Origin: Octopus vulgaris
Taxonomy: Eukaryota
DNA length: 64,000 nucleotides
Direction of reading: 5' to 3'
NCBI GenBank assembly: GCA_951406725.2
Contig: OX597824.1
Location: 49,910,001 to 49,974,000 of the forward strand
Below are positions 24,775 through 38,394 of this stretch, one piece after another; position 1 is the first letter of the stretch, and each line of letters starts with the position of its first letter. A program made the translations under genes and the position numbers. The notes under the pieces are model-generated. The model ran no database searches. It worked only from the letters and a program-made list of their open reading frames with translations, and was not told the origin of the DNA.

Positions 24775-26105
24775 TACACCACCCGCCTCACTAGCACCCA
24801 CCATCGACCCTATCCCATCATCCACTCCTTCACCTGCACCTCCAGCAATATTATCTATTGCATCTCTTGCTCTCTCTGCAATTCCTTGTACATCGGACAA
24901 ACGGGACGCCGCTTGGCTGACCGGTTCGCGGAACACCTTCGTGACATCCACCTTGCGAACGACACACCGGTCTCACGCCATTTCCGCTCCACCGGTCACT
25001 CCTTGCAACACCTATCTGTGTTCGGTTTGTCCTTACACAGAGGCCATCCGGATTCCCGTTTGCGCCGTGAACAGGAATTAATCTTCTCTCTTCGCTCTTA
25101 TACGCCATTTGGTCTCAACTCTCCCCCCTCCTCATCTAACCCCCCTCTCCCCCCTCCTCACCTATCCTTTCTCCCCCGACCCCTACTTCTTCAGTCCTTC
25201 ATCCTTTCACCCCTACTCCCCTTCCCTTCTTCCCTCTTTCTCCCTCCCTCTTCCCCTTCCCTCTGCTCCCTCACTCCCTCTCTCCCCCTCTCCCTCTTTC
25301 CTCCTTCATCCCCCTCCTCCCCTTCCTTCTCCCCATCCTCTCCTCTTCCCCCTTCTCCTCCCCCTCTTCTTCCCCTCGCCTTCTCTCCCCCTCTTCTCCC
25401 CTCCCCCTCTTCTCCTCACTACACCACATGACTTTACACATCACATCACATATGATGTGCCATACTAATACACACACCAACTAATACATACTAATACGTA
25501 CTAATACATACCAGTACATACTAATACTTACACCAACCCTATACATACACACGTCCAGACCCCGCATACGCACTTATACTCTCTCTCACACACACACACA
25601 CACCTATACATACCAATACGTACTAATACATACTAATACATACTAATACATACACCAACCCCATACATACGCACGTCCAGACCAATCTTACGCACTAATA
25701 CTCTCTCATACACACACACACACACACACACACCCTTATACATACTAATACATACACCAACCCTATACATACACACATCCAGACCCCTCCCACGCACTTT
25801 TAGCTGGTCCCTCAACCCTTTTATCAACCCTATTATCTCACCTTATTTCGCTCTCGCGTCTCATGTTTGATCTTTGACCTCTGGCCGAAATCAGATCGCC
25901 ATGTTGATTCGTTAGCTACTGCACGCATTTTTTTTCTCTCCTTCTTTCTGTGTTTTTCTCTCTCTGTGTATCTTTCTGTTGAAGAGCGTAGGCTCGAAAC
26001 GTTAAAGACTTGTTTTATTTATATTTCCTGAGCGCCATACTAATACAATTGTTCGTTTGTTTTCCACCTGCCTTCGTCTTTTGTTTATTTTCATAAAGCT
26101 TCCCG

Positions 26106-26107
<2 letters not shown>
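24775..26107 (+). mobile_element. 5'-truncated Neptune-like PLE: GIY-YIG, CT-rich 3' UTR and pLTR
   Basis: Frame from 24781 reads HSFTCTSSNIIYCISCSLCNSLYIGQTGRRLADRFAEH..VSRHF..H..RLRREQELIFSL....PFGLN; ends at (TA)n. Confidence 0.9.
25971..26008 (+). ncRNA. Minimal hammerhead, CTGTTGA variant
   Basis: TCTTT-CTGTTGA-A-GAG CGTAGG CTC-GAAAC GTT-AAAGA. Confidence 0.7.
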
Positions 26108-26164
<57 letters not shown>

Positions 26165-26166
26165 CA

Positions 26167-26197
<31 letters not shown>

Positions 26198-26254
26198 GTA
26201 TGCACACACACACGCATATATATGTACGTATATATGTACGTATATAATATAAGT

Positions 26255-26790
26255 GTCAGGTCACTTTCGAGTGCTACTGGTAACATGTAACCCAGTACAA
26301 TATGTTGCATGGTCGGGTCGTCGGCGACTAAACCGGCAACATCACCGAGCTTGCTTGGTGAGGAGGGTGTTTATTGGACACCCTGCGGGATGAAAAACAA
26401 AACCCGTCAAAGGGCGGAGGAACTCTTGTGAGTTAAATGTCTTAAGGCTGTATCATGCGCGGGGACATAGAAATAATCGGACAGAATACCCGATCGCGTG
26501 GTTAAACCATTGGGAGTGAAAGACCCCTAGCCTTTGGTAGGGCATCCTTCTAGGAGAAAGTAACTCAGGTAACTGAGATAACTCCGACATAAAACCTGCG
26601 GCACAGTGGTTACCGATGATGTTGACTTGTTCTTCTTTTCGGATTATAGCTGCTGTTGCTTAGTGAGTGGGATTGACATAGCCTTTCCTCACTTTAAAAA
26701 TATCTTCTTGCACAGGCATTGCACGATAACAACATTGATTAAGCTTCGTGCAATGGCCATACTCGATAACGAGGGGGCAGCCACCATATA
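26255..26790 (+). mobile_element. Probable non-autonomous RTE-dependent element (5' UTR-like region plus 3' tail, no ORF)
   Basis: GGCATCCTTCTAGGAGAAAGTAACTC (26541-26566) resembles the RTE 5' UTR motif. The tail CATACTCGATAACGAGGGGGCAGCCA resembles the RTE tail at 10430 (CATCCTCGACCTTGAGGGATTGCCA). Confidence 0.55.
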
Positions 26791-26933
26791 ATGTATATAA
26801 ATATATACATATATACTTTGATACTTTGATACTTTGATAGGTTTCGGCCATTATTGGCCCAGGCCATGTCTAACTTAATAGCACCACCTGCTATATCTAT
26901 ATATATATATATACGCACATGCGAATGAATATA

Positions 26934-26980
<47 letters not shown>

Positions 26981-27068
26981 GTACGCAAACGTACCTACAT
27001 ACATGCATGATGCATACATATATGTTTATAAAAATGAAAGTAATGATATATATATATATTTATGTATG

Positions 27069-27109
<41 letters not shown>

Positions 27110-27332
27110 CCATAAAATCACAGAATTCTGAGTCACGAGCTCATATGCATACCGATAGAAAAGTAAATTCATTTAGGCATATATATCATATCGCACACAC
27201 ACATACACACACACATATATCCCACATAGATGTATACATTTATTTATATATATATACGCACATAAAATCGTATACTTACACAAACACACGAATATGTACA
27301 TATAATATATGTATGTATACACACAGACACAG

Positions 27333-27407
<75 letters not shown>

Positions 27408-27791
27408 CACACATGTGTGTGTCTGTAGGTGTGTGCGTGTATTATGTGCTTGTATGATACATGTTTGAATATGGTTATATGACCACATGCACACACAGAG
27501 AAAGGCATGTGTATAATTCTTAACTAGAACTGCGATGAAGTGTTCCATCATCTAATGGATGGTAAACAAATATCTAGAGTTAACAAAGAGTTATCAATTT
27601 CGAAAATATCCTCACCAATTTCAATGATCATAATACATTCGCTTCAATTCGCTGTTCTTCATTTTTATAAAATCTTACGCAATCGCTTACATTCACACAC
27701 ATACGTACTCAGACAGGCGAACACACAAACATTTGTGTGCACATAAGTGTATGCCCGTCTGAATGTATATATGTGTGTGGTGTGGTGTGTG

Positions 27792-27823
<32 letters not shown>

Positions 27824-27928
27824 TGTATGTATGTATGTATGTATGTATGTATGTATGTGTGTTCGTGTGTGTGTATATATAAATATACATGTTTGTATTC
27901 GTATGTGCGTATAGATAGCTGTACATAT

Positions 27929-28032
<104 letters not shown>

Positions 28033-28091
28033 ACATATATACATACATATATACATATATGTATATGTATATATGTAGGTATATATGTATG

Positions 28092-28129
<38 letters not shown>

Positions 28130-28379
28130 GATATGTACATACAAACGTATATACATACATACACATAATACATACATACATACATAGGTACATGCATACA
28201 TACATGTATATGGATATATACATACAGCATACAACAGAGGTTGCTGATAACATGTTTTTTTCTTCTTCAAATATTGCAATTGAAACTTGAAGCACTTTCA
28301 CATGGCTCAAAGATAATGGTAATGTACTGGCTATTACCATCACTCCACTGCCTCGCCTAGCTCAGCACTTTTTAAAGAT

Positions 28380-28479
28380 AGTAGTGGTGGTAGTAGTGAG
28401 AAGGAGAAGGACAACAACAACGACGACAACAATAATAACAATAATAATAATGATAATAATAATGACGATGATGATGATG

Positions 28480-28551
<72 letters not shown>

Positions 28552-28685
28552 GTAGTAGTAGTAATAGTAGTAACGAATGGTGATGATGATGACAATAATA
28601 ATGATAACAATGATAATATCTTTTATTATAATAATAACAATAATAATAAGAAAGATAAAGATGTCGAGGGTGGTGGTGGTGGTGG

Positions 28686-28754
<69 letters not shown>

Positions 28755-29034
28755 CGACGACGATGATGATGATGATTTTATTTTACTATGCATGGTACTG
28801 AAATGATAAAATGAAGATGATGTGAGACATTGATAATGCTAATGTTTATTTAAAGAATTTAAATAGAGAAAAGATGGAGAAAGAAAATGAGGAATCTGGA
28901 AGATTATAAACAAGCACCATCATGGATTAGAATAAGGAATTCTTCTTCTTCTTCTTCTTCTTCTTCTTCTTCTTCTTCTTCTTCTTCTTCTTCTTCTTCT
29001 TCTTCTTCGTTTTCTTCTTCTTCTTCTTCTTCTT

Positions 29035-29113
<79 letters not shown>

Positions 29114-29330
29114 TCTTTCATTAGTAGGGCTGCCACTGCTGTTGTTTTTATTGATACGAACGATGAACATGATGATGATGTCGATATTAATGGTGACGAT
29201 GATGACGACGACGGCGATATCGACGACGAAGTTCCTTCAGCTGCTGCTTTTGATGATGCTAACGATGCTAATGATGATAATGATGCTGAGGACGAAGACG
29301 ACAATGGTGATGATGATGGTAATGGTGTTG
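28380..29330. repeat. Trinucleotide microsatellite cluster (ATA, GAT, TTC, TAA)
   Basis: Read directly; source of the poly-I/D/K ORFs. Confidence 0.95.
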
Positions 29331-29483
29331 ATATAAATACAGTGTACATTTAAACACAAAAGAGGCATCCATCATAGGACTCCTTGCACGCTAGACAGAA
29401 CAGTTAAATTCCAAACCCCTATTAGGGATAAAACTTCGAAGGGAAGGAAAAATAAAAACATTTATCATCTAAATCATCTAAAT

Positions 29484-29555
29484 CCAGGACCATGGTTTCA
29501 CACGTTTTTTTTTAGCAAATAAGATACTTTGCTAGGCGAAGTCTTCTTCAGCAGG
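29484..29555 (-). ncRNA. Type I hammerhead (tandem copy 1)
   Basis: CTGAAGA..TAGCAAA/TTTGCTA..GAAAC CATG GTC; stems I and II partly eroded. Confidence 0.65.
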
Positions 29556-29956
29556 TACACCTTAGATTAAACATATATACACGAGGCAATCCAGTATATG
29601 CCCCGAGCTTATACATTCTAATTTTTCTAAATTTACCGCGCAAGCGCAGCTCCTTGTCGGTTGTACATAATAATGCCGGCTTTTCAATTCGAAAATTAGC
29701 CAGAAAAAATTATCAATAATTAATAATATTAAGGGTAATAAAAAGTATTAGAAATTTCTACTACCAGTGGCCTAGCGTGTAAAAATTTAGTCAATAGACT
29801 ATATATTATTCATATAAATACAGTGTATATTTAAACACATAAGAGGCATCCATCACATGATTCCTTACACGCTAGACAGAACAGTTAAATTCCAAACCAC
29901 TATTAGGGATAAACCTTCGAAGGGAATGAAAAATAAAAACAGTTATCATCTAAATT

Positions 29957-30024
29957 CTGGACAATGGTTTAAGACTTTTTTTTAGCAAATAAAATAATTT
30001 GCTAGGCGAAGTCTTCTTCAGCAG
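29957..30024 (-). ncRNA. Type I hammerhead (tandem copy 2)
   Basis: CTG-CTGAAGA-AGAC..GTCT-TAAAC CATT GTC-CAG; G12 is mutated. Confidence 0.6.
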
Positions 30025-30121
30025 TTACACCTTAGATTAAACATATATACACGAGGCAATCCAGTATAAGACTTGCTTAACCCATTCTTCTTATTTGTAC
30101 ATACATTGTATATATATATAC

Positions 30122-30224
<103 letters not shown>

Positions 30225-30262
30225 GTGTGTGTGTGTGAGTGTGTGTATGTGTCTGTGTGTGT

Positions 30263-30303
<41 letters not shown>

Positions 30304-31288
30304 CATACATATATACACATATATACATGTATATATATATATATATATACATATGTATGTATTTGTGTGTGTGTGGATGTGTGTGTGTGTATGCGTGTAT
30401 GTATGTGTGTATGTGTGAATGTATGTATGCAAGGTATGTATACCTGCGTATACAGGGGCGATAATACATACAGAATCACGTATATATCGGTGTGCATGTG
30501 TACATATACACATAAGTATGAGTTGTATATGTAGATATTGATATGTATAAACATCTGTATAAATATATATATATACATGTCTAATATATACATATGTATA
30601 CATCTTCACATAAATATTTTCTTCTACTACTAAACACTGACCTGTCCGACCACCTAATCTATATTCCTAAATTCTTCATTCCATACTACTACTACCCCTC
30701 TCTCTGCTCCATCACTTAGACTCTGTCACTACTTAACTGACAGTCCTTTACTGTTTATACCTCTCTCTATCCCCCTCGTTCCTTCTATCTTTTTACACTC
30801 TAATACCTTTCTCTCTCTATCACCCTTATCTCCCCATTCCTACTTTCAAATTATTTTGACTGACCACTAACTAGTACACTACTCTAATTATTTCTATCCT
30901 CGTTTTTCTTTTTTCTTTTTCTTTCTTTTCTTTATTTCTCTCTTCCTGTTTTTTGTTCTTTTTTCTTCTCTTTTTTCTCTTTTCTTTATTCCTCTCTTCC
31001 TGGTTTCGATTTGACCTTACAAATACATTCCCTACTTTTAGGTCACATTAAATAAAACCCTTGATTCAATAGCACTGTGTACAACTTTATACTTGGAATG
31101 ACCAATTTTAGATACTATTCGATTTTACTCACAAGGTGTTGGAATCTTATATGTATACCATTCTGCGTAAATAATGGATCTACAAATGTAATATCCCTGT
31201 ATATCTCACATTTATTTTCATTCCTCTACTTCACTCTCTATTTCGTATCTTATCTAAATTAACTATTGCTTGACCATTTTCTCACACC

Positions 31289-31336
31289 GTCTCCGATGAA
31301 ACAATATAATAAATATCCTGGAAACAGCTGTAAGAC
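31289..31336 (+). ncRNA. Type I hammerhead, CCGATGA variant, at the end of a PLE-like 3' region (about 30610-31400)
   Basis: GTCT-CCGATGA-(weak stem II)-GAAAC AGCT GTA-AGAC; palindromic ACAGCTGT. Confidence 0.7.
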
Positions 31337-31914
31337 CTGTTTATAAATGTTCTAAAATCTTCAAAGCCTTGGTTTTTTTATCTCATTCTGAAAAAAATAT
31401 ATATGTGTGTATACATGCATATATTTATATATATATATATATTATACATACATGTGTGTATATATTTATGCGTATATATATATGCATACACCCCCCCGCG
31501 GGCGCATATGTGCATACACGCACACATATTGGAAAAGGCATAAAAGTAATGGGGGTATTTATATATTTTATTCCAGCCTACCCGTGTTTCCGATAAGTTT
31601 AGAGAATCATAGTTACTTCATACAATCAATAATTGTATTAGATTACTAAGATTCTCCAGATTTATAGGAAACACATGTGATCTGAAATTAAATGGATACA
31701 TATCCATTACCTTTGTGTCATTTCTCTGATACTCTAACACAATACCAATTGTACTAAAGTTTGACTAAAGTTTGTATTTACAAATTGGATCGATAGTGAT
31801 TTCTTAAACGACGGATTACATAGATTTCGACATCTATCAATTTCGTTAGGTTTGTTTTCTTCACAGAGACCTTATACAGTTTTCGTTCGGATCTTTAATC
31901 CCATTTTGATTAAC

Positions 31915-32281
31915 TATGTGGTAAGAAGCTTGCTTCCCAACCACATGGCTCTGGGTTCAGTCCCACTGCGTGGTACCTTGGGCTAGTGTCTTCTGCTATA
32001 ACCTCGAACCTACCAAAGCCTTGTAGGTGGATTTAGTAGACGGAAAATACAAATGTTAAACTACAAATATGTATATATTTGTGTATGTATGTCTGTGTTT
32101 CTCCCCATTCCATCGCTTGACAACAGATGTTGGTGTGTTTACGTCCCCGTAACTTAGCGGTTCGGCAAAAGAGACCGACAAAATAAGTACTATGCTTAGA
32201 AAGAATAAGTACGGGGGGCGATTTGTTCGACTAAAGGCGGTGTCCAGCATGGCTGCAGTCAAAAGGCTGAAACAAGTAAAA

Positions 32282-32285
<4 letters not shown>
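31915..32285 (+). mobile_element. SINE family A
   Basis: Head and tail motifs. Confidence 0.85.
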
Positions 32286-32332
<47 letters not shown>

Positions 32333-33131
32333 ATCCAAACAAGAAAACACAGAAAAAAACACAGCAACGCGAGGACGTGGAACAATTAAAGTATTATTTG
32401 ACGCTCAGGAAAGAAGGGATATATAAATACACGTAAAATATATAGGACAACCGAATTTTTTTAAAAATTTCACCACCAGTGGCCTAGTATGTATAAAAAG
32501 TCAATAGACAACATATTCTCAATATAAAATAGTGTACATTTAAACACTTTAACAGCTAGTTTTACACGCTAGAAGAAGCAGCCAAAACGACCAAAACCAC
32601 ATTTAAGAGCAATTTCAAAACTTGGTGTTTAGGAATTTTCTTTTACATCAAGTTCAACATTTTACGCCAGCCGTATAACTACCACTACACTGATGTCCGT
32701 CGTTAAGAAATGCCAGCCATGGTGACTCTACTATCCTCAGATTCTATTCCTTCAAACTTTGGTTTCCAACATTTTTAAATTTTTATTCAGCTCGCAAGTT
32801 CGTCTGTCCCTTTAAATGTTAGTGTTTTGCTGTCTGCCTTGAAGCAGACCTTTCCGTTGTCACTGCCTGATATTTATGATTGATCTTTCAAAATATTTTA
32901 CTTTCTCAACTTACTCAAGATCTTTTGTTGTTTATAAATAGGAGAGAGATAGATAAAATTAGAGAGTAAGAGAAAGCGAGGGAGAGTCCGAGAGAAAGTA
33001 AGAGTAAGAGAGTGGGAAAGTGAGAGAGAAAGGAGAGAGAAACAAAGAGGGAGAATGTGGTGATAAAAAACAGAAAGTAACAACCACACTCTTACCCGTG
33101 AGTAGAGCGGGTCACCTTAAGCTAGTCTTTA

Positions 33132-33193
<62 letters not shown>

Positions 33194-33194
33194 C

Positions 33195-33248
<54 letters not shown>

Positions 33249-34854
33249 GTATATATGTGTTTATATGTTTGTGTGTGTGTGCTTGCGCGTGTCTCTTTTG
33301 TTATGTTTGTCCTTCACCACAACCGTGTCAGTTTGCTTATCTCCCCACAACCAGTAAGGTAGCGATTCGGCAAAAAAAAAAAACACCAATAGCATAAATA
33401 CTTGGCTTAAAAATAAGCAGTAGGGTCGATTTGTTTGACTGAACCTTCTAAGGCGGTACCCCAGCATGACCGCATTGAGCTCTAAGTGTTCTGAATGTTT
33501 AATTCCTTTTGTGGTAACAGATCACAGAATGTCTGGGTTGGGAGTCTACAAATCCTGTTTCCCAGCTTATTGGGAATGTGTAAAAGTATTCATATATTCA
33601 AGGATCAGTGTACGGGTGCGCGTAATTCTCTGAGTATGTAATGTGTGTGTGTGTATATGTGTGAGTGCGTGTGTATGTATGCATATGCGCGTGCATGCGT
33701 GTGTGTGCGTGTGTGCGTGAGAGAGAGAGACAGATAGATAGAGACAGATTTATATATATATATATATAGATAGATAGAGAGAGTTGCTGATATCAAACTT
33801 ACTCACCCTTATTTGTGATTGAGAGGGAACAACTGATTAGTAGAATCGGTAGACAGGCAAAATTCTTTACTTTATTAAATCACATCTCTTCACAACTCTT
33901 CGAAGTTTGCCCATTTTTCATCTTAAATTTCCCCTTTCATTGTAACTTACATACCGTCCTTTTCTTTTCTGCTCTCTCTCTCTCTCTCTCCCTTCTCTCT
34001 CTATCTCTCTCCCCCTCTCCATGTCTTCCTTCCTTCCTCTTTCCCTCCCTGCAGCCAATTTTTTTCTATATACTTATTATAAAACCGAAATTACAATGAT
34101 GTCGTTATAGCGGAGGACAAAATGCCTTGCGATATTTCTTATGATTCTCTGCGTTCTGAGTTCAGATTCCACCGAGATTATCTTAGTCCCACGTCCTTCG
34201 TGGGGGGTCGATAAATACAGTACCAATGGATTGGCAGTTGATTAGTAGAACTGTTTCAGCATCAGAGGAGATGCTTTGCGGTATTTGCTCCCGGTCCTTG
34301 CATCTTAAGTTCAAATCCTGCATTGGTTTATTTGGGTGGTAGACTTAATCCGTCATCCGGTTTGACACCAGCATCTGGTCCTTGTGAGGATAACTTTTTC
34401 CATTCTTCCACCAATCTCGGATGTCCAAAGAAACATGAAGGGCAATGGCTGCTGTACTTCACCCTTGACTAAACAGTTAAAATTCACAGTGTATCAAATA
34501 GTAGAACCTACCCTTCTTATATGGTTTTCTTTAAACCGATATGACAGGTACAAGTTATATATACTCCTAACATTCACCTCACCATTAGAGAAATTGTTCT
34601 TGCATTCAGTCAATACATATCTGGCTTTAAACTACTTCCAACAACCTTCCACCATCACTCCCACTACCATACCTATGGACGTTCTCCTCGTCTTCTTCGT
34701 CGTCCCCCTCCTCTCGTTCTCCAACGTCGTCCCTGTTCCCTCATCTCGTCCCCTTCCTCGTTTTCCTCTTCGCCTTCGTCTCATCATTGTCGTTCCCTTC
34801 CCACTTCTCCTGTTATAACTTCTCTTTTCCTAATCACCTCAACTCATCACACTT

Positions 34855-35340
34855 TTCTTCTTCTTCTTCTTCTTCTTCTTCTTCTTCTTCTTCTTCTTCT
34901 TCTTCTTCTTCTCCTTCTTCTCCTTCTTCTTCTTCTTCTTCTTCTTCTTCTTCTTCTTCTCCTCCTCCTCCTCCTCCTCCTTCTTCTTCTCCTTCTTTTC
35001 TCTCCTCCTCTCCTCCTCCTCCTCCTCCTCCTCCTCCTCCTCCTCCTTCTTCTTCTTCTTCTTCTTTTTCTTCTCCTCCTCCTCCTCCTCCTCCTCCTTC
35101 TTCTTCTTCTTCTTCTTCTTTTTCTTCTTCTTCTTTTTCTTTTTATTCTTTTTCTTCTTTTTCTTTTTCTTCCTTTTCTTCTTCTTCTTCTTCTTCTTCT
35201 TCTTCTTCTTTATCTTCTTCTTCTTTATCGTCTTCTTCTTCTTTTTCTTCTTTCTCCTCTTCCTCCACCTCCTCCCCCTTCTACTCCTACTCCTCTTCAA
35301 CCCCCTCTTCCGTCTCCTTTTCATCATCTTCCTCATCGGA
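34855..35340. repeat. (TTC)n/(CTC)n polypyrimidine tract
   Basis: Read directly. Confidence 0.95.
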
Positions 35341-35450
35341 TCACTTAACGCTATCATAACTTCTACTAAAACACCGCCTCCGCCATAATTTTTCACGTTA
35401 TTTTTACACACACACAAATACACACACACAAATACACACACACACACACA

Positions 35451-35502
<52 letters not shown>

Positions 35503-35822
35503 CATACAGGTGCACGCGCATATACACACGCACACACATACGAATAGAGACCACTTCGTTCATACACATTATAGATGTACAAAACAGACACATATAAACA
35601 CCACAGACTATAGAGGCACATATACACAAACACGTAGACTCACACATATCCATACATACATGCGCGTACATAAACCCACACTACACACACACACACATCT
35701 ACTCGCGCGCACACTCATACACAATTACACGTGCGCACACACACACATACATGACTACATAGGCTCATATATGTAAACGTGTGCATAGATGCGTTGCCAT
35801 ACATAAGCCCACTATATATACT

Positions 35823-35891
<69 letters not shown>

Positions 35892-36178
35892 ACATACATA
35901 AGCCCATAGTGCACTAGTCACTGCACATACACACACATGCACACACGCTCACACAAACACAAAACAGACGTGTGTGTGTCTGTGTGTGTGCATGCGTGCG
36001 TGTGCCAGTCTATACATATATAGACAGAACACCAGTGTACACTTTGATAATTCTTCCTCTTTCAGCGACACTGTTGGAAATACAGAGGTAATGGCTTCCT
36101 GTAAGATTTTGGCTTCCTTTTTACTTCATTCTCTAGCTCTACTCATAATTCCACTCTTTCTCTCACTGTCTTAGACTT

Positions 36179-36263
<85 letters not shown>

Positions 36264-36944
36264 GTTTATTATCATTATGTTTGCAGACTCTTTCTATCCT
36301 CCTAACTCTCAACATCTGTTCCTATACTATCTCTCAATCTTTTATTCTCTACAAAATCACTTCCTCATTCGTCCACCCTAGAGTTTTAGCTCTTTCATAG
36401 CTATTTCATTCTTTCTCTTTCTCTCACCCCTCTTTCATAAGTAGATTCTTTCATACAATTACGCTGTCACTTTCTTCATCACCGCTTTCTCCTCTTCTTC
36501 CTTTTCTTATTTTTCTTTTATTTGTTTTCTCTGAAATTCAATTTCCTTTCTCTCTTTCATTCCCTCTCTTTTGAGCACTCCTTCTTGCTCAAATAACCAA
36601 TCCTTGCAGAATAACGCCCAATCCTTACCCTGTCTTTTCCAACTCATTCTCTCTGTCTTTCGCCACATCATCGGAGACTGGATGACACTCGACCTGCACT
36701 GAATGCGCGAGAAGATAATAAGGGAGATGGAGTTCAATATTCGGATATTCAACAAAATTTAGTAAATTCGAGAGGCGCACAATTTATTCTCCCACCAACG
36801 AAAAGTTAAAATTCAAATGAATAGAAAAATTATTGATGGAAATATCGAACCTTTGTGATATCTGTCCATTTCTCAGAAATAAAAAAAAAACGTTCAGCTA
36901 CCACTAACGCACCTCCAGGTTGTCTGAGCTAGATATGACAATAT

Positions 36945-37132
36945 TGGTTTCAAATTTTGACTCAAGGTTAGCAATTTAGGAGGAGGGGGTAAGTTGATTA
37001 GAAGAACCCTAGTGCTCCACTGCTACTTATTTCATCGATATCGGTGTAATTTGAACTCAATGCGTAAATGGGGACGAAATGCCGCTAAGTATTTTGCCCT
37101 GTGTGCTAACGATTCTACTAGCTAGCCGGCTA

Positions 37133-37176
<44 letters not shown>

Positions 37177-37385
37177 TAAACCTTCCTGCTATAGGTACTG
37201 TGCCTGAAATTTTGGGAGAGGGGCTAGATCGACCTTATTACGCAACTGGTACTTCATTTATCGACCCCGAAAGGATGAAAGGCAAAATCGACATCGGCGG
37301 AACTTGAACTCAGAACGCAACGACTGGCGAAATACCGCAAAGCATTTCGTGCAACGTGCTAACGATTCTGCCAGTACGCCGCCTT
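36945..37385 (-). mobile_element. Two SINE family B copies separated by (TAA)n
   Basis: Reverse complements of the family B head and core. Confidence 0.8.
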
Positions 37386-37420
37386 AATAATAATAATGAT
37401 AATAATAATAAAATAATAAT

Positions 37421-38390
37421 CAGTGGCTACAGAGCTCAGGACTAAAGGCAGATCAGAAGCACACCCATCAGTGGCTACGGAGCTCAGGGTTAAAGGCAGA
37501 TCAGACGTACACTCATCAGTGGCTACGGAGCTCGGCTAAAGGCGGAAAGTGAAGGCTTTATCTTGGCTGCCCAAGATCAGAACTTATTGACCCGGAACTA
37601 TCCAGCTAATGTGATGAATAATGGTGGAGACCTAAAGTGCCGATACTGCAGCCATGGGATAGAAACAGGGGACCACCTAATCACTGGATGTAAGGTTTTA
37701 GCAGCAGTAGAGTACAACTGAAGACATAACAGAGTTGATGAATATCTACATTGGATAATATGCCGGCATTATAAAATCAAAACTGCTGGCAAATGGTACA
37801 AGCACCACCCTGAGGCTGTAACTGAGGGAGAAAATGTAACAGTTCTTTGGGATTTCCTTGTATATACAGATCGGATCATCAAGGCAAATAAACTAGATAT
37901 TGTTGTGAAAGACCAAAACAATAAAGTCTGTTTATTGATTGACATGAGCATACCTTGTGACCATAATATCTCCGCAAAAGAGTCTGATAAGCCCAGATAT
38001 TATAAAGATCTGCTAATCGAAATGGAAAAGATGTGGCATCTCAAGACAGTTACAATACCAATGATTTTTGGTGCACTTGGAATGATCAAAAAAGGAACTG
38101 AAAAATATATCTGGAAGTGCAAAAGATTGTCTTAACTGGTACGTCACACATATTGAGAAGAGCATTGTCAATGTAAATTTTCTTTTTTTTTCACCTTTTA
38201 TTTTATTTGTTTACTTTTCTACTTTTTCTTTTTTCTTTTTTCTCTCCGTCTTCCCCTTTTTCTTTGTTACATGACTCTGTAAATGAATAATATTGTGCGC
38301 TTGTTTTAATGGCTTACCAATGTATACAATACGTTTCTCTGCCCTGGGTGTCAAGAAGACACTCGGCAAGAAATGGAAGCAGAATTGATG
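37421..38390 (+). mobile_element. R4/Dong-type LINE 3' fragment (CCHC plus RLE), degenerate
   Basis: ESEGFILAAQDQNL, CRYC..H..C, LWDF..TDR.IKANK.DIVV..LIDMSIP; same family as 54800-55720; starts at (TAA)n. Confidence 0.85.
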
Positions 38391-38394
38391 CTTA

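Larger units (their letters stand above)
29335..30068 (-). mobile_element. Tandem PLE pseudo-LTRs, each with a hammerhead
   Basis: About 29335-29598 is repeated, diverged, at about 29817-30068. Confidence 0.75.

Noticed and set aside
26383-26445. Twister-like segment GCGGG..CCCGT CAAA GGGCG GAGGA ACTC/GAGT TAA
   Set aside because: Stem order is suggestive, but the loop lacks partners for both twister pseudoknots, so it is not called.
37421-37545. CRISPR-like repeat spacing
   Set aside because: The intervening sequences are also duplicated and the unit is LINE coding sequence; the context is eukaryotic with no cas genes.
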